A stretch of DNA of 64,000 bases from Alloascoidea hylecoeti (taxonomy: Eukaryota): assembly GCA_001600815.1 (NCBI GenBank), contig BCKZ01000002.1:1620294-1684293 (forward strand). The letters run 5' to 3'. Positions 52,796 to 64,000 of this stretch are shown piece by piece; position 1 is the first letter of the stretch; every line of letters begins with the position of its first letter. Made by a program: the position numbers and the translations under genes. Below the pieces are notes generated by a model. It did not search any database. It saw only the letters and a program-made list of their open reading frames with translations, and was not told the origin of the DNA.

Positions 52796-53691
52796 ATAAA
52801 GAACCGCCAAATTTTTGTTTCGCTCAAAACGTAAATTTTGAGAAACTTTATTTAAAAATATCTCATCAATTTTTACCATTCGAAATATGGATTAACGGTA
52901 CCCGCCCGACTACAGAGCAAAATATCTCGCAGGACTAGTCAAATCATGTCATACCTTTATGCTGAAACAGGCTTTGCAATGAAGCCTTTGACACTGGTGT
53001 GGTAAGTATACCAAGCAAGATGGCGAAACCCCAAAGTTACCTTCGCGAGATCATATGAGTCTAATAAGAGAATTACAAAAACGTTTGATGAAAAGCACGC
53101 AATATTCGCTTGCTACGGAAAATTTTTAGGGAAATACTAATTCAGAGGTATAGACTATATCAAAGAAGTATTATAACGAGTAGCAACATCTTTTATCCAA
53201 ACCTTTGAAGGTGGTATTCTTTAACAAAACAATTCTCCAATCACTAAACAAATAGAAAACCAAAAGGAAAATCAAATAGAACTATGTTGGTCTGCGAGCT
53301 CCTCGGATTTAAATCCCATTGAAACCCGTAAGACGCAAGTTCAAAATGTATCAGGGAAACAAGCACCCAAAATTAGTTACAATTATAGGTATTTTCTAGA
53401 ACGTCAAGAATAGTATTTTAGAAGTATTTCCAGAATTATGAGATCAGCTAGATCAATAATTGTATTTTGACCAACTCGTTGAATTCAACTCAAAGCAACT
53501 AAAATTAGTAATATCAGCAAAGGGAGAGCACATCGAATACTAAAATTATATTCAACGGTACCTAGGCATGGTAGAGAATGTGAATCTATTTTTATTTGAT
53601 AACATTTCTTCTAGAATTGGTCCTTTAATCAAGATTTTATGTTTATAAATTATAAATTTTTTTAGAGTGAAACCATCTGGCGGTTCAACTG
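52796..53691 (+). mobile_element. Internally deleted Tc1/mariner element relic
   Basis: TFDEK, GIL*QNNSPI, WSASSSDLNPIE (53288; WPxxSPDLNPIE motif), AKGEHIEY* (53543); imperfect TIRs GAACCGCCA..GTTTCGCTC (52801) and GAGTGAAAC..TGGCGGTTCAACTG (to 53691). Confidence 0.72.
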
Positions 53692-53723
53692 ATCGCCTAC
53701 TTTAAAGCCTTATATTCTGGACT

Positions 53724-54965
53724 TCAAAATAATCTCATTTCAAAGGGTGAATTGATCAAATTATGGTTATCTGAAAGAGGAATAGATTTTAGATCCTTTA
53801 ACTTTGGATGCATATTATCAACAATGTGATAGAAATATCCATTTGGAACACATTTGACATTGAATTCATCATCTATATACCAACTATAAATTTCTCTACC
53901 ATTTGAAGTTGGAATTGGAGAATTATGACATTGAATAGTTTTTCAAATCAATTAAAATGTTAAATGAAAACCCTAAGTAAAATAAAAGATGAGTGGCCCA
54001 TTAACAGCAATTTCAATTCTCTTAAGTTCATTGTTGGAGGATGCTAGAATCGATTGCAAATTTTGCGATCCCAATTTAGTTCCATCGGATTTATTCCATA
54101 CAATAAGTTGCGTATTATATGATATAGAAACAAAATTATTCTTGATTGTAACAGAAATTTTATTTTGCTTTGGTGCTTGATCGAATTCCCAAGTCCATTT
54201 AGACTCAAAAGAACCATCAAATCTATAGCAATTTAGGCCACAAACTAAATTTACATAGCAGTAATTTCCATTTGCTATAATTGGATATTTGAATTCCAAA
54301 TCCTATTTAATCATTTAATTTGATTTTAGTATAGGCTATTTGGTATTCTTGTTTGACTGGTATTTCCATATCTTCACCTTTAACCTTAATCGTGTGCAAT
54401 TTAAATCTCGAAATGTAACGAGTTGATTCATAACGTTGGCTATCAGGATGATTTATTGTCACCGAACCATTCAAAACATTTCTTTCCATACAACTCTTAC
54501 TTCCCACTTTCAATAATATCTCTTTTTCCGATGAATTTCCTACAGTTGATATTAAAGACAAGAATTTGGAGTTTTGAGCTGTTTCTTATTTATGTCGTCC
54601 CTATCATAGGTAACTTCTGGCTCATTAACTATATTAACATCAGTGGCGGGGCTAATTGAAAAGGCAAAAGAAGCTTTAATCAACCTTTGTTCAATGATTT
54701 TCGCAACTTCATCCGAATGAACAATAGGAAATTGATGAAAAGGACAGGCAGCAGAGTTTAAAGATGAGTTGATTGTTTAATAGGGAGCTTTACATGTTCT
54801 TGATAAGATTGAATATTGGGGAATTCCAAAACCATTTATCCTGACAATTTTTAATAAAATTTCAAGTGGCAGTGATGAGAAGCATTTTCTCTCTATGTCA
54901 CATAATTCCTTTTGAATAGGGCTATTGAAATTAGTAGCGCTTTCTTTATCATCAATAGTTGACAT
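53724..54965 (-). pseudogene. Decayed F-box family gene (copy C)
   Basis: FSSLPLEILLKIVRINGFGIPQYSILSRTCK F-box followed by a stop; frameshifted fragments; ~260-bp internal deletion relative to copy B; ends LINSPFEMRLF*. Confidence 0.8.
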
Positions 54966-56355
54966 TTAAATTGCAATCGATATTGGTACTAGCTAAAATA
55001 GAAAAGAAAGAACGGTAGCACTTATATAGCTTTTGTATGATTTAAGATTTTTAACTGTTCCAGATTATAGTACCAAACTCCAAATAGCAAGCTGTAGGAG
55101 TGCTTAGAATAAATTAAAGCAATATACGAGCATATAGTTATGAATACAATATATTTCAATAATAAAACATTTTATTGGAAATGTAACCAATTGCCATTCG
55201 GAGGTTGGTACCAAGCATATAATATAGCTCAAATTGATTTATAAAGCAGACCTAGGATACATTAAAGAATTTTATATTTTAAAGAAGTCAATTTGATGAT
55301 ACAGGGTCTTTAATATTCTGTCAAACCCAAGAGAAATAAGAAGTTGTTAAATATATGTACTATTAACTTCGTTAATGTGTATACATCCTTGATATGAAGA
55401 GGATTAAGCAAGTATTATTAATACCCCTAAAACAAAAATTACTCAATGTATATGTTGAAAAAATTAATTACAAATATATGATTTTCTTTCTCTAGAAATA
55501 TTCGCTCTATTCGATGTATGAGATAGTTATTTAGTAATTCGATAGATACATGAACCAGTTCAGATAAATAAACTATATACTTATAATTCGTTAATACTAT
55601 CTCTATATATTTATCGATATCAATAAAATTAGAACAATAACTTGATATATAAATACATATAATTGATTTTAATAAACCTAACGACGCTTTCTACTATTTA
55701 CATACAATTTAAATTACAATCAAATTATTTTCAAAAGCTGAAGTTATTTAAGTAAGATATTTTTTAATGATTATATTCCTTAATTCCTTTTGGCTATGGC
55801 TACATGAAACGACGCAGACGCTGTGTGAAAATTAGGAGTGAGTGTCGATATCGATATAGCGACACTTTATATCTATACAATATTAATATTGGAATTATAA
55901 ACAGTAGTTAAAAGTATTATTATTATTAGAATTAACATAAATTAAGAAGTTTAAATAGTCGGGTTTGATTTAAAATCACACAAATGTAATATAGGACTAA
56001 ATAAGTACTCTATAATTATAAATTGTCACTAATTGCAAGGAAGTTAATTTATGTCCCAAAGACCAGTCGGATCAATTGCAATACACATACGTATACCATA
56101 TACATACACATTCACAGGATAATCAAATAGAGAAAATCTGAGGTTTCGCGATCGTTTTATTTGTCGTAAATTCTCGTACTATAGTTCGTAAAAATAATAG
56201 ATAAATAACTAAATGCATTAGAATATTAACTCAAAGTTACAAATGTCTTTTGTATAAAATAGTGTTCCTATTTTATGTATCCAAGGATAATCTACCAAAC
56301 GAAGTTTGGCTATATGTTTATATGCAGTTAGTTGTTCTTTAAGGAGATTCCAGCC

Positions 56356-57939
56356 TTAAGCATAATTACATCCAACTTCAATAGCACTGTTAGAAAGGAA
56401 AGCATAGCATGATGTACCAGTTGGACAATCAAAAATAACCCAAGATGAATGATCACATAAAGAAAATTTGCCATCTGATGAGCATGCAGTTCCGCCAGTT
56501 GTACAATTGCTAACGTTCCCATCAAATAAACCTGCTTTAAAATTAGAATTCAAGCAATCTACTTTGTCCTGATCAGAAAGACTACTACAGGATCCGGAAT
56601 TACTTGTTGTAATTGCAACTGCAGATGTGAATGAAGATGTGCTTGTCTCATATGTTGAGGAACTTGAATCACTAACTGTGATGGTGTACTCATTATAGAC
56701 AGTAGAAGGATCAGATGTAAGAGTGATGGTAGAAGCATCATTTCCGTTAATGGTACTAGAAGTGGTAGGATCTTGAGATGCACTCGTTGTAGTCGTAGTT
56801 CCAGCTGCATAAATGCCTTTTTGAACATAAACTTGAGTTGAAACCGAAGATTCAAAAGTTCCAAGAGATACTGAGGCTGAAAAATAAGCAGAACTATAGC
56901 CATAGGTATTCGTAAATGCATTCACCTCAGTGGTTTGGCTTGAAATTGTGGCCGATTGAGAGCTTTCTGAAGGAGAAGCTGAGGAACCCGAGGAAGTACC
57001 ACCTAAGATACTTTTAACTTGTGATACATATGCAATATCATCAACAACATTTGAAAAACATTGACTAGCATCCCAGAACATCACACCTCCAAAAACTGAA
57101 TCTGAACTAAGATTATTAACTTCTGTTTCGATAACATCACTGGAAACATAACCTGAACCGGCTGCTGAACTTGAGCCCGGTAGTCCCATATATACCTTTA
57201 CATTAGAATTAACTGAAGTTGATTTTGCCCAATCAGACCAGGTATTCCAGTTAAATGTCTTATCTAAGCTACAATAATTATTGTAAAACTGAACAAAAAC
57301 AAAGTCGAAATAAGATGAAGTTAATGTTTCACTAAGACTAGCGTCAGGGTAGACACATTGTGGAGCAGCCGAAATGTAGTAATCTTTCGAACCCTTTTGG
57401 AAATATTCTCTTAATTTAGTTAATAATGCGGGGTATCCAGTCTGATCTTGATTCTCAAGATCCAGATCAAAACCATCAATAACAGAGTCATCAAATGGTC
57501 TAGTACTACTTGTACCTTCACCGAATAAATTCCATAATGTTCCTGCAAAAGTTTCAGCTTCTGAATCACTTGAAAATCCATAATCACCAACTGCACCACC
57601 AAGTGATAAAAGAACTTTTTTACCATTTGATTGACAACTTGCTATATCTTCTGCAATTTCCGTACAATGTAAGAGTCCATTTGAATAACTATCTGTACAA
57701 GCTCCGGCAAAATTTAACGTTGGAACATCTGAAGTACCAGGAAATCCGTTCATAAATGAAAGAAGTATGATATCGACATTGTCTGACTCACAATAGTATG
57801 ATAGTCTTTCTTGAGAACCAGCAGAAGCTTGTCCCCAATATACTGCTACATTACTATTACTAGTAGCATCAAATGCCGACACTTGAGACAATATGCTGCT
57901 GAAAATGTAAGAATAAATAACTTTTGAAAATCGTGCCAT
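56356..57939 (-). CDS. CTS1: GH18 class III endochitinase with Ser/Thr linker and C-terminal Cys-rich chitin-binding module, ~527 aa
   Basis: Signal peptide, VAVYWGQ, KVLLSLGGA, DGFDLDLEN catalytic DxDxE, FVQFYNNYC, CBM19-like tail. ATG at 57939. Confidence 0.93.
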   Translation of the reverse strand: MARFSKVIYSYIFSSILSQVSAFDATSNSNVAVYWGQASAGSQERLSYYCESDNVDIILLSFMNGFPGTSDVPTLNFAGACTDSYSNGLLHCTEIAEDIASCQSNGKKVLLSLGGAVGDYGFSSDSEAETFAGTLWNLFGEGTSSTRPFDDSVIDGFDLDLENQDQTGYPALLTKLREYFQKGSKDYYISAAPQCVYPDASLSETLTSSYFDFVFVQFYNNYCSLDKTFNWNTWSDWAKSTSVNSNVKVYMGLPGSSSAAGSGYVSSDVIETEVNNLSSDSVFGGVMFWDASQCFSNVVDDIAYVSQVKSILGGTSSGSSASPSESSQSATISSQTTEVNAFTNTYGYSSAYFSASVSLGTFESSVSTQVYVQKGIYAAGTTTTTSASQDPTTSSTINGNDASTITLTSDPSTVYNEYTITVSDSSSSTYETSTSSFTSAVAITTSNSGSCSSLSDQDKVDCLNSNFKAGLFDGNVSNCTTGGTACSSDGKFSLCDHSSWVIFDCPTGTSCYAFLSNSAIEVGCNYA

Positions 57940-58261
57940 CTTTTTGAGTTTTGATGAAATAAATGAAAATACAATCAATTACTGTAGCCAGCTATAGCAA
58001 TGATAAAATGAATGATTTATATAATTTATGAATCGTTCGAAGATAAAGTGAAAAGGAAAAAAATTGTATAATTTAGGGTTTTTGACCTATTTTATATTAT
58101 ATAATGTTTCATCAACATTTTTAAGCTTTAAATTTAAAACAAGTTTAAATGTTAGGCGCCCTAAAAATGGAGAAGGAAGGGGACATCTAATTACCATGAA
58201 GTTTAAAATGTAAGACACAAGACACGCGTAATCTGTAGAGTATATTGTATTAATATTATAT

Positions 58262-58637
58262 TATAAATTAATTATTTCGCTCCAGATCTTGTAATTATTT
58301 CCTTTTCTTCACTTCATATCAGTATTTTTTAATTCTACAATTATCTTTTATAGACTATTATAGCTATAATATTATTTACTTAATATTAATCAATTTAAAG
58401 TTTTTAATTGCAGTTCGATATACAGTAGAATGTTTATGGAATAATTTCTCTTTATATTAATAAATTAATTATTTCGCTTTTATTTCTTTGTCTTCATTTC
58501 ATATTTTTACAATACTAATTATCTTTTATATAGCAATTTTATAGTATTTATAAGTCCATTAGACTTAAATCTTAATTAAAGTTTATAATTTTTTGCAGAT
58601 CAGCCTGATAATGTTTATGGAATTTCTCTTTATATAT
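58262..58637. repeat. Degenerate two-unit tandem duplication (~190 bp) upstream of CTS1
   Basis: Both units run ATAAATTAATTATTTCGCT..AATTATCTTTTATA..AAAGTTT..AATGTTTATGGAAT..TTTCTCTTTATAT. Confidence 0.7.
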
Positions 58638-61600
58638 AGACGGTGTTATAGCTCTATGTATATAAAGTAATCATTTAACTCAAGCGCAACATCGATATAT
58701 ATATTTTTTAGATCTTATAACGTGAATTTATGCTACTCAGCTCGTCTTACGGCGTGTATGCGTGAATTATAAGAAGCTTAAGTTTATCCAAGAATGGACA
58801 ACTAGGGTGTGTTTCGTAACAACCACGAGCCTCGTAAGAACCGCAAGTTGAGAAAATTATCTCTGCTGAACGACGTCAAGTGCTTGTACAATGTTTAAAA
58901 AAAAAACTGTACCAAAATTTCCTGTGTATAACCTAAAATACTTTTATATAGGCAATAAAAAAAAAAAATTGATAATTTTAAAAGATCCATATTAATATTC
59001 TTTAGTTGCATGTGCGCCCCTGTTAGGAAACTCACCCTACACAGGGTCTACACTTAATTAGCCAAAAGGTATTTCTTTGTCTATGGATCTCATTTGAGAC
59101 CAGCCACATATTAAATATAATAAATTTGTTGTTTGTTGTAGCTTTAAACTTTTGATCATTATATGTATTAATTAATCAATTCTTACATGCCATAACTAGT
59201 GAGAACTGTGAGATATCGATAATATTAACAAGAACCATGACTCCCATGAGTTAATCCTTCACCTATAAGAACTTCTTAACATTCCATTCTCACCCACTCA
59301 GAACTTCCAGTTATCATCATACTTCAACCTTCTAGACTCTTATCAGTTATTAATATAGTAAATAGTAAATAACTTGGCTTATAAATATAACTTATATTTG
59401 AAACTTTCCTTTAACAAATAATCATCTCATTAATTCAAATTCTTAATGTAATGTACCTCAACTAGCTCTTCTATCTAGCACTATAGAACTTCAAATCCAA
59501 GACTATTGAATTAGAGTCTAGTATATTTTCTTATGAATTAATTGCAACATTAATGACTATATAGTTGACTATATAGTGACTATAGGTGTTTTCTTTATCT
59601 TAAATAATGAAGTTGAGAGCTCGATCGAGGGAATAATTTACAATTGTAAATTTGGGGAGCTTGTCCAAGATGGGATAGTTGAATCTGCGTTTAATTATTC
59701 GAGAAGTCATATGCATAAATATTATAATTAAATCTGGAATATAGTATTATAATATTATAATATTATTTAGAGGTGGGAAATTATCACCGCAATATAATTA
59801 TCATAGGAATGAAGTTACTCAGGAATCTTTTAAATTTATAATTAACGTTATGGTTAACTTATAATTATAAGATTAAAGTGATCATCTGTAGGTGACATAT
59901 TAGGTGTACTATTGGCATATCGGGACTCAGGAACAAATATGCCTAGCGCCATATATTTCTACAAATACTAATTTTGTGAAATAATTATGGACTATTATAA
60001 AATTTTTGTACCTGAGACAGGTATAATATAGCTATAAACTTATTATAAAGTTCTTGATTTATAATTAATTATAACTTATATGGAAATGTCAAGAAGTTCT
60101 TAATTTAAGACATGTACTTTGAATCTGTTTAGATTTTGAATATCTATCTCTATTTATAATTATGTTACATTGGCGTAGAAATCGCGATATACATGTAATT
60201 ATGTAATATTCCAGTTCATAAATTATTTGTACCTTGGTTCGATTTTGAAGTCTTGTTCTAATGCTGATTAGTAATACAGAAAATATAGAAGCTGTTCCAC
60301 TTCACTTAAACTAAAACTGGAAATGGAATCAGAGAGTGGATGATGGCAAGACCTACGTTTAGTTTTAGGGTTGGTCATCGTACGGCTCATCCAAAGCTAA
60401 ACTACCGGAAACTAGGGAAGCCCCTTTTTACTGCAAGCTGGAAACTTAATTAATGGAAGAAGAAACGTGAGGTGTGCTCCTTCATTCAATCTAGTTTATA
60501 GTGTCCAATTGGTTTTATCAAACAAACCCAATCCAATTAATCAGCAACTATAGCCCATTTTATGACACTTTATAGCTGCGAATTATACATTTGTATCGTT
60601 ATTTGCTTCCCGGTACAATAAATCGCCAACGAACCTAGTTTACACAACACGAAACTAACGAAACAATGGATTATATATATGTCATTCTAAACCAATTTCC
60701 AGTATTCATAAAATTAGCAAATGCAATAGACTCAGTTTAACTGCGTCTCGGATATATACAATATTGGCCCTAACAGGAATGCTAGATAAACAGATCAGCT
60801 CTGATATTTTGCAATCTTTAAGTGATGAATGTGCAATTGATCATCATTTAAAAATATATCTCGCAACTGAAGCCATTCTCTGTGGCCGTTCGGTGAAGGA
60901 TAAGCCGATCATTTTACAGGAGATTTTTCACTGTCCAAATTGTGCCATGAGAGAATAAAAAAATGTATCTCTCAAATGAATCTCCTGGAATTATTAGAAA
61001 AACATGGAAATATCAAATTTAAACAACTCATTTTGTATAACAAACCGAGAAATGAGATAACTAAATATATATAGAAGGATTCTTCTTGCTAGCTGGAACT
61101 TTACAGTAGAAATTGGAAGTGGGCCATCACAAAGTTGTTGTTGTAGTCGACTTTCATGGTATAATCTGGTCTTATTCAGATTTTTGCATTGATGAATAAT
61201 CCCATCTAATTCTATACAATGAGGATACAATAAAACAATTTTCTCATGACTATATCTCAATGGTTGAGACTTAGTTTTTCGAGGTCTATAAAATGGTTTA
61301 GAATTTCGAGAACTTGGGGTTTTGCCTTATTTGCTACTGGAAAGTAAGGAAATAGAACCAGAATTAGAACTAGAGCCAATAAAAGTGCCATTTTCGAAAG
61401 TAGGATTCTCAATGTCAGTTGAATAGATTTATATACGGATGTTCTATCTTGTTCATCAAGTAAGGCAACTATATTATATGAGAGAAATATGTTTGGGAGG
61501 GTTTTACGGTCTTTTCCAAGGATTCTAGTAATATATCGTTAGTATAAATCTACGGAAAAATAAAATGAAAAATAAATGTCTACGGCGTCGAAAACACAAT

Positions 61601-62243
61601 AATCAATAATTTAAGTACTAAACATCACCACTCACCTAGTTCCCAAATGAAATTTTATATACTGGATTCTCTATTTAAAATGACAATAATATCGCTCCGA
61701 CTATAGCTATACTACATTTTCCTGGTGTTTTGTATCCTTTCATTCGGGGTTGGGTCCTCATACGACATTTGTCCATCATGTGACCGAACATTTTTAAAGG
61801 GTGGCTGGGATTAAAAGGAATGATTGTACTACTATCTAATTAATATTCATCAATTAACCTAAACCACTAATATTTCTCTTTGAAATTTCTGAAAATGTTC
61901 CATCCTTGGTTTGACGGAATAATAACGTAGACGATCAGGAGCTCCCTGGTCAAGGGTGTAATATAGTCTGATATGTGGATATAGCTTTTTATTTTTGAAC
62001 CATACGTTTACAATAATTACAATTTAAATTCTAAATGTTCATGTGCTACAATTTAAACGTGCATGAAAATCAATATATGATCATTATAGATACCCAAATA
62101 AATAAACAATTAGATCATTTTAACCAAAAAGTAGAAACAATAAGGAGTAGAAAGGAATGTGTATGATAGCATTATGTGCTAATATAAGTAGAACATAAAA
62201 CTAAACGAAACGAAAAAAAAAATTACACTAAGGGTCATTGATA

Positions 62244-63375
62244 TCAAGTGGTCTTAGTTGTCAATTTAGTGTTTTTCTTGGCTTCAGTCTCTTCTTCTTC
62301 ATCACTATCAGCAACCAAAAATGGGTCATGGTTATCAATTGAGGTAGGCTCAACAGCATTTAAAGGCTCCCATTTACTTCCGGACCCAATCTTAGTGATA
62401 GGTTTAGGAGCAGGTGCAACTTCAGGTGAGGATAAAGCAGTTGGTTTAGTGGGTCTTTTTGGTTGGGAAGGAGGATCATCATCAACCAACTTAATTTGAC
62501 TAAAATCAGAATTTAATTCTTCGGGATCATGATCAAAGTTATTACTTCTTCTTGGCTTATTAACATTAGTTCTATAAGATCCATGAGTTACGCTTGTGTC
62601 GTTTGACTCTTCACCAAAAGCATCAAAAAGTTTTGGAGGTTGAGAAGATTTTGGTCGTTGATGCTGTTGAGATCCTTGATTAGATTGCTCGTGATATAAT
62701 TGAGTATCATCATCATCTTCAAATTTTTTCCTTAAACTTGTCATCCAATTGTTAATTTTAGTGCTTGTCTCTTGTACACCTTTTTGGAATTGTTCCTTCA
62801 ACTGTGGTAAATCATGTTCAAGGAAACTAGATTCTTCTTGGTTGTTTGTGTGATGGCGGTCAGTTCTTTGATTTCCATACAAATCACTGTATTGCTCTCT
62901 CTCAGGTCTTTCCTGTCGAGTTTCTTGGGCATACTGCTTTGCTAAACGACGAGCTAGTCTTTCATCTTCATCTATTTGAGGATCCAAATAGTTTGATCTA
63001 GGGAGTGGTTGAGGTGGCAATATTTCTGGTTTATAGGATGGATCAGACAAAACTATAAAACGACACATGTTAATTATAAACAAATCAATACTTTTGAATC
63101 AAAATAATGAACATACACAGTAGACCATTGAAAGCAGGATCAACTTTACCTCTGCTAGCAATTAATAAGGCCTTAATATATTTCTCTTCTATGTTTGGGA
63201 ATGCCTCTTTTAGTGTTTGGGTTGATTTAGAGAGTGGAGACAATGGACGGGGTGGCTTCGGTGGCCCTTCTGGTGATGCTTCAACTTCAGGAGTCACCTC
63301 TGCCGCAATTACAGGCGATGCTGGTTCGGGCACATTTTCTGTAGATACAGGAGTCGATTTTGGTTCTTCACTCAT
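62244..63375 (-). CDS. CUE5: CUE-domain ubiquitin-Atg8 adaptor; join(63375..63117,63052..62244), ~355 aa
   Basis: LKEAFPNIEEKYIKALLIASRGKVDPAFNGLL|FLSDP across a 64-nt GTATGT..ATTAAC..TAG intron; QIDEDERLARRL; C-terminal WEPL AIM-like motif. Confidence 0.9.
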
Positions 63376-64000
63376 GGTTCAATGATACAATGGTACGATG
63401 ATGTGCTTAAAGCTAAAATAAGGGTTGTTTTATAAATGTGACAATGAGACCCTTGTTTACTACTCCCTTGTGTAAATTTCAGCACCGATTGTATAAAAGT
63501 TTTCAAAATTGAAACTATTTTCTTCTTCATTAATTTTATGTCTCTGAAAATTTGCTAGAACTCGTTTTTACTTTCCTCCATTAATTACGGGCGTGGACAG
63601 CAGAGCTAGAGTAAACTTCACTAATGGTGGTTGTTTAGGACCCTTCAATCCTAGATATCTATGGGTTTAGTCTTTATGGACTAGATTTCTTTAATCATTG
63701 GTGGAACACTTTAATTATTATAGTCAATTGTTATATAGAATAAATTAATGCTAATTGCACTTCTAATCAAAGTAGACATACGTTTGGTGAAAAGTTTTTG
63801 AAAATACTGTCTCACGAAAAGAAAAATCTTTTAAACTCTTATTAATATCATCAATCTGTCTTACTTCATCTTCTTCATCAATCTGATAAATTATAAATAT
63901 AACGGATTACTTTTCTCATTACAAACTTATTTACTTTATCAGACGGTACCGGCACCTTAAATATAGGCACCAGGAGGGGTATGGAACAACTTCGGGCGTC

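Noticed and set aside
60750..61420. Decayed minus-strand reading frame
   Set aside because: Multiple stops and no identifiable domain.

Overview
AT-rich budding-yeast (Saccharomycotina-like) nuclear DNA. It holds 13 intact protein genes: peroxisomal MDH3, UPC2, DPM2, a PKH kinase, a TUS1/ROM2-type RhoGEF, PIB2, PAL1, SUR2, CDC42, a BRG1/GAT2 GATA factor, TOM6, CTS1 and CUE5. Nine of these are split by 14 spliceosomal introns that I located by hand, and DPM2 and TOM6 are absent from the ORF track. There are also two tRNA genes (intron-containing Val-CAC, His-GUG) and many relics between the genes: L1-clade non-LTR retrotransposon pieces, Tc1/pogo/hAT-like DNA-transposon remnants and three decayed F-box genes. 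Most notable: (1) three LINE ORF2 fragments each start about 20-30 bp from a tRNA gene with the 5' end facing it, as Dictyostelium TRE5/TRE3 do, suggesting a tRNA-gene-targeting LINE system in a yeast; (2) PAL1 intron 2 contains its own ATG and an in-frame 57-codon alternative N-terminus that would replace the NPF-bearing spliced one; (3) a 115/116-bp near-perfect inverted repeat; (4) a RhoGEF with a tandemly duplicated DH-like domain. All calls come from manual reading and remembered family motifs; no searches were run.
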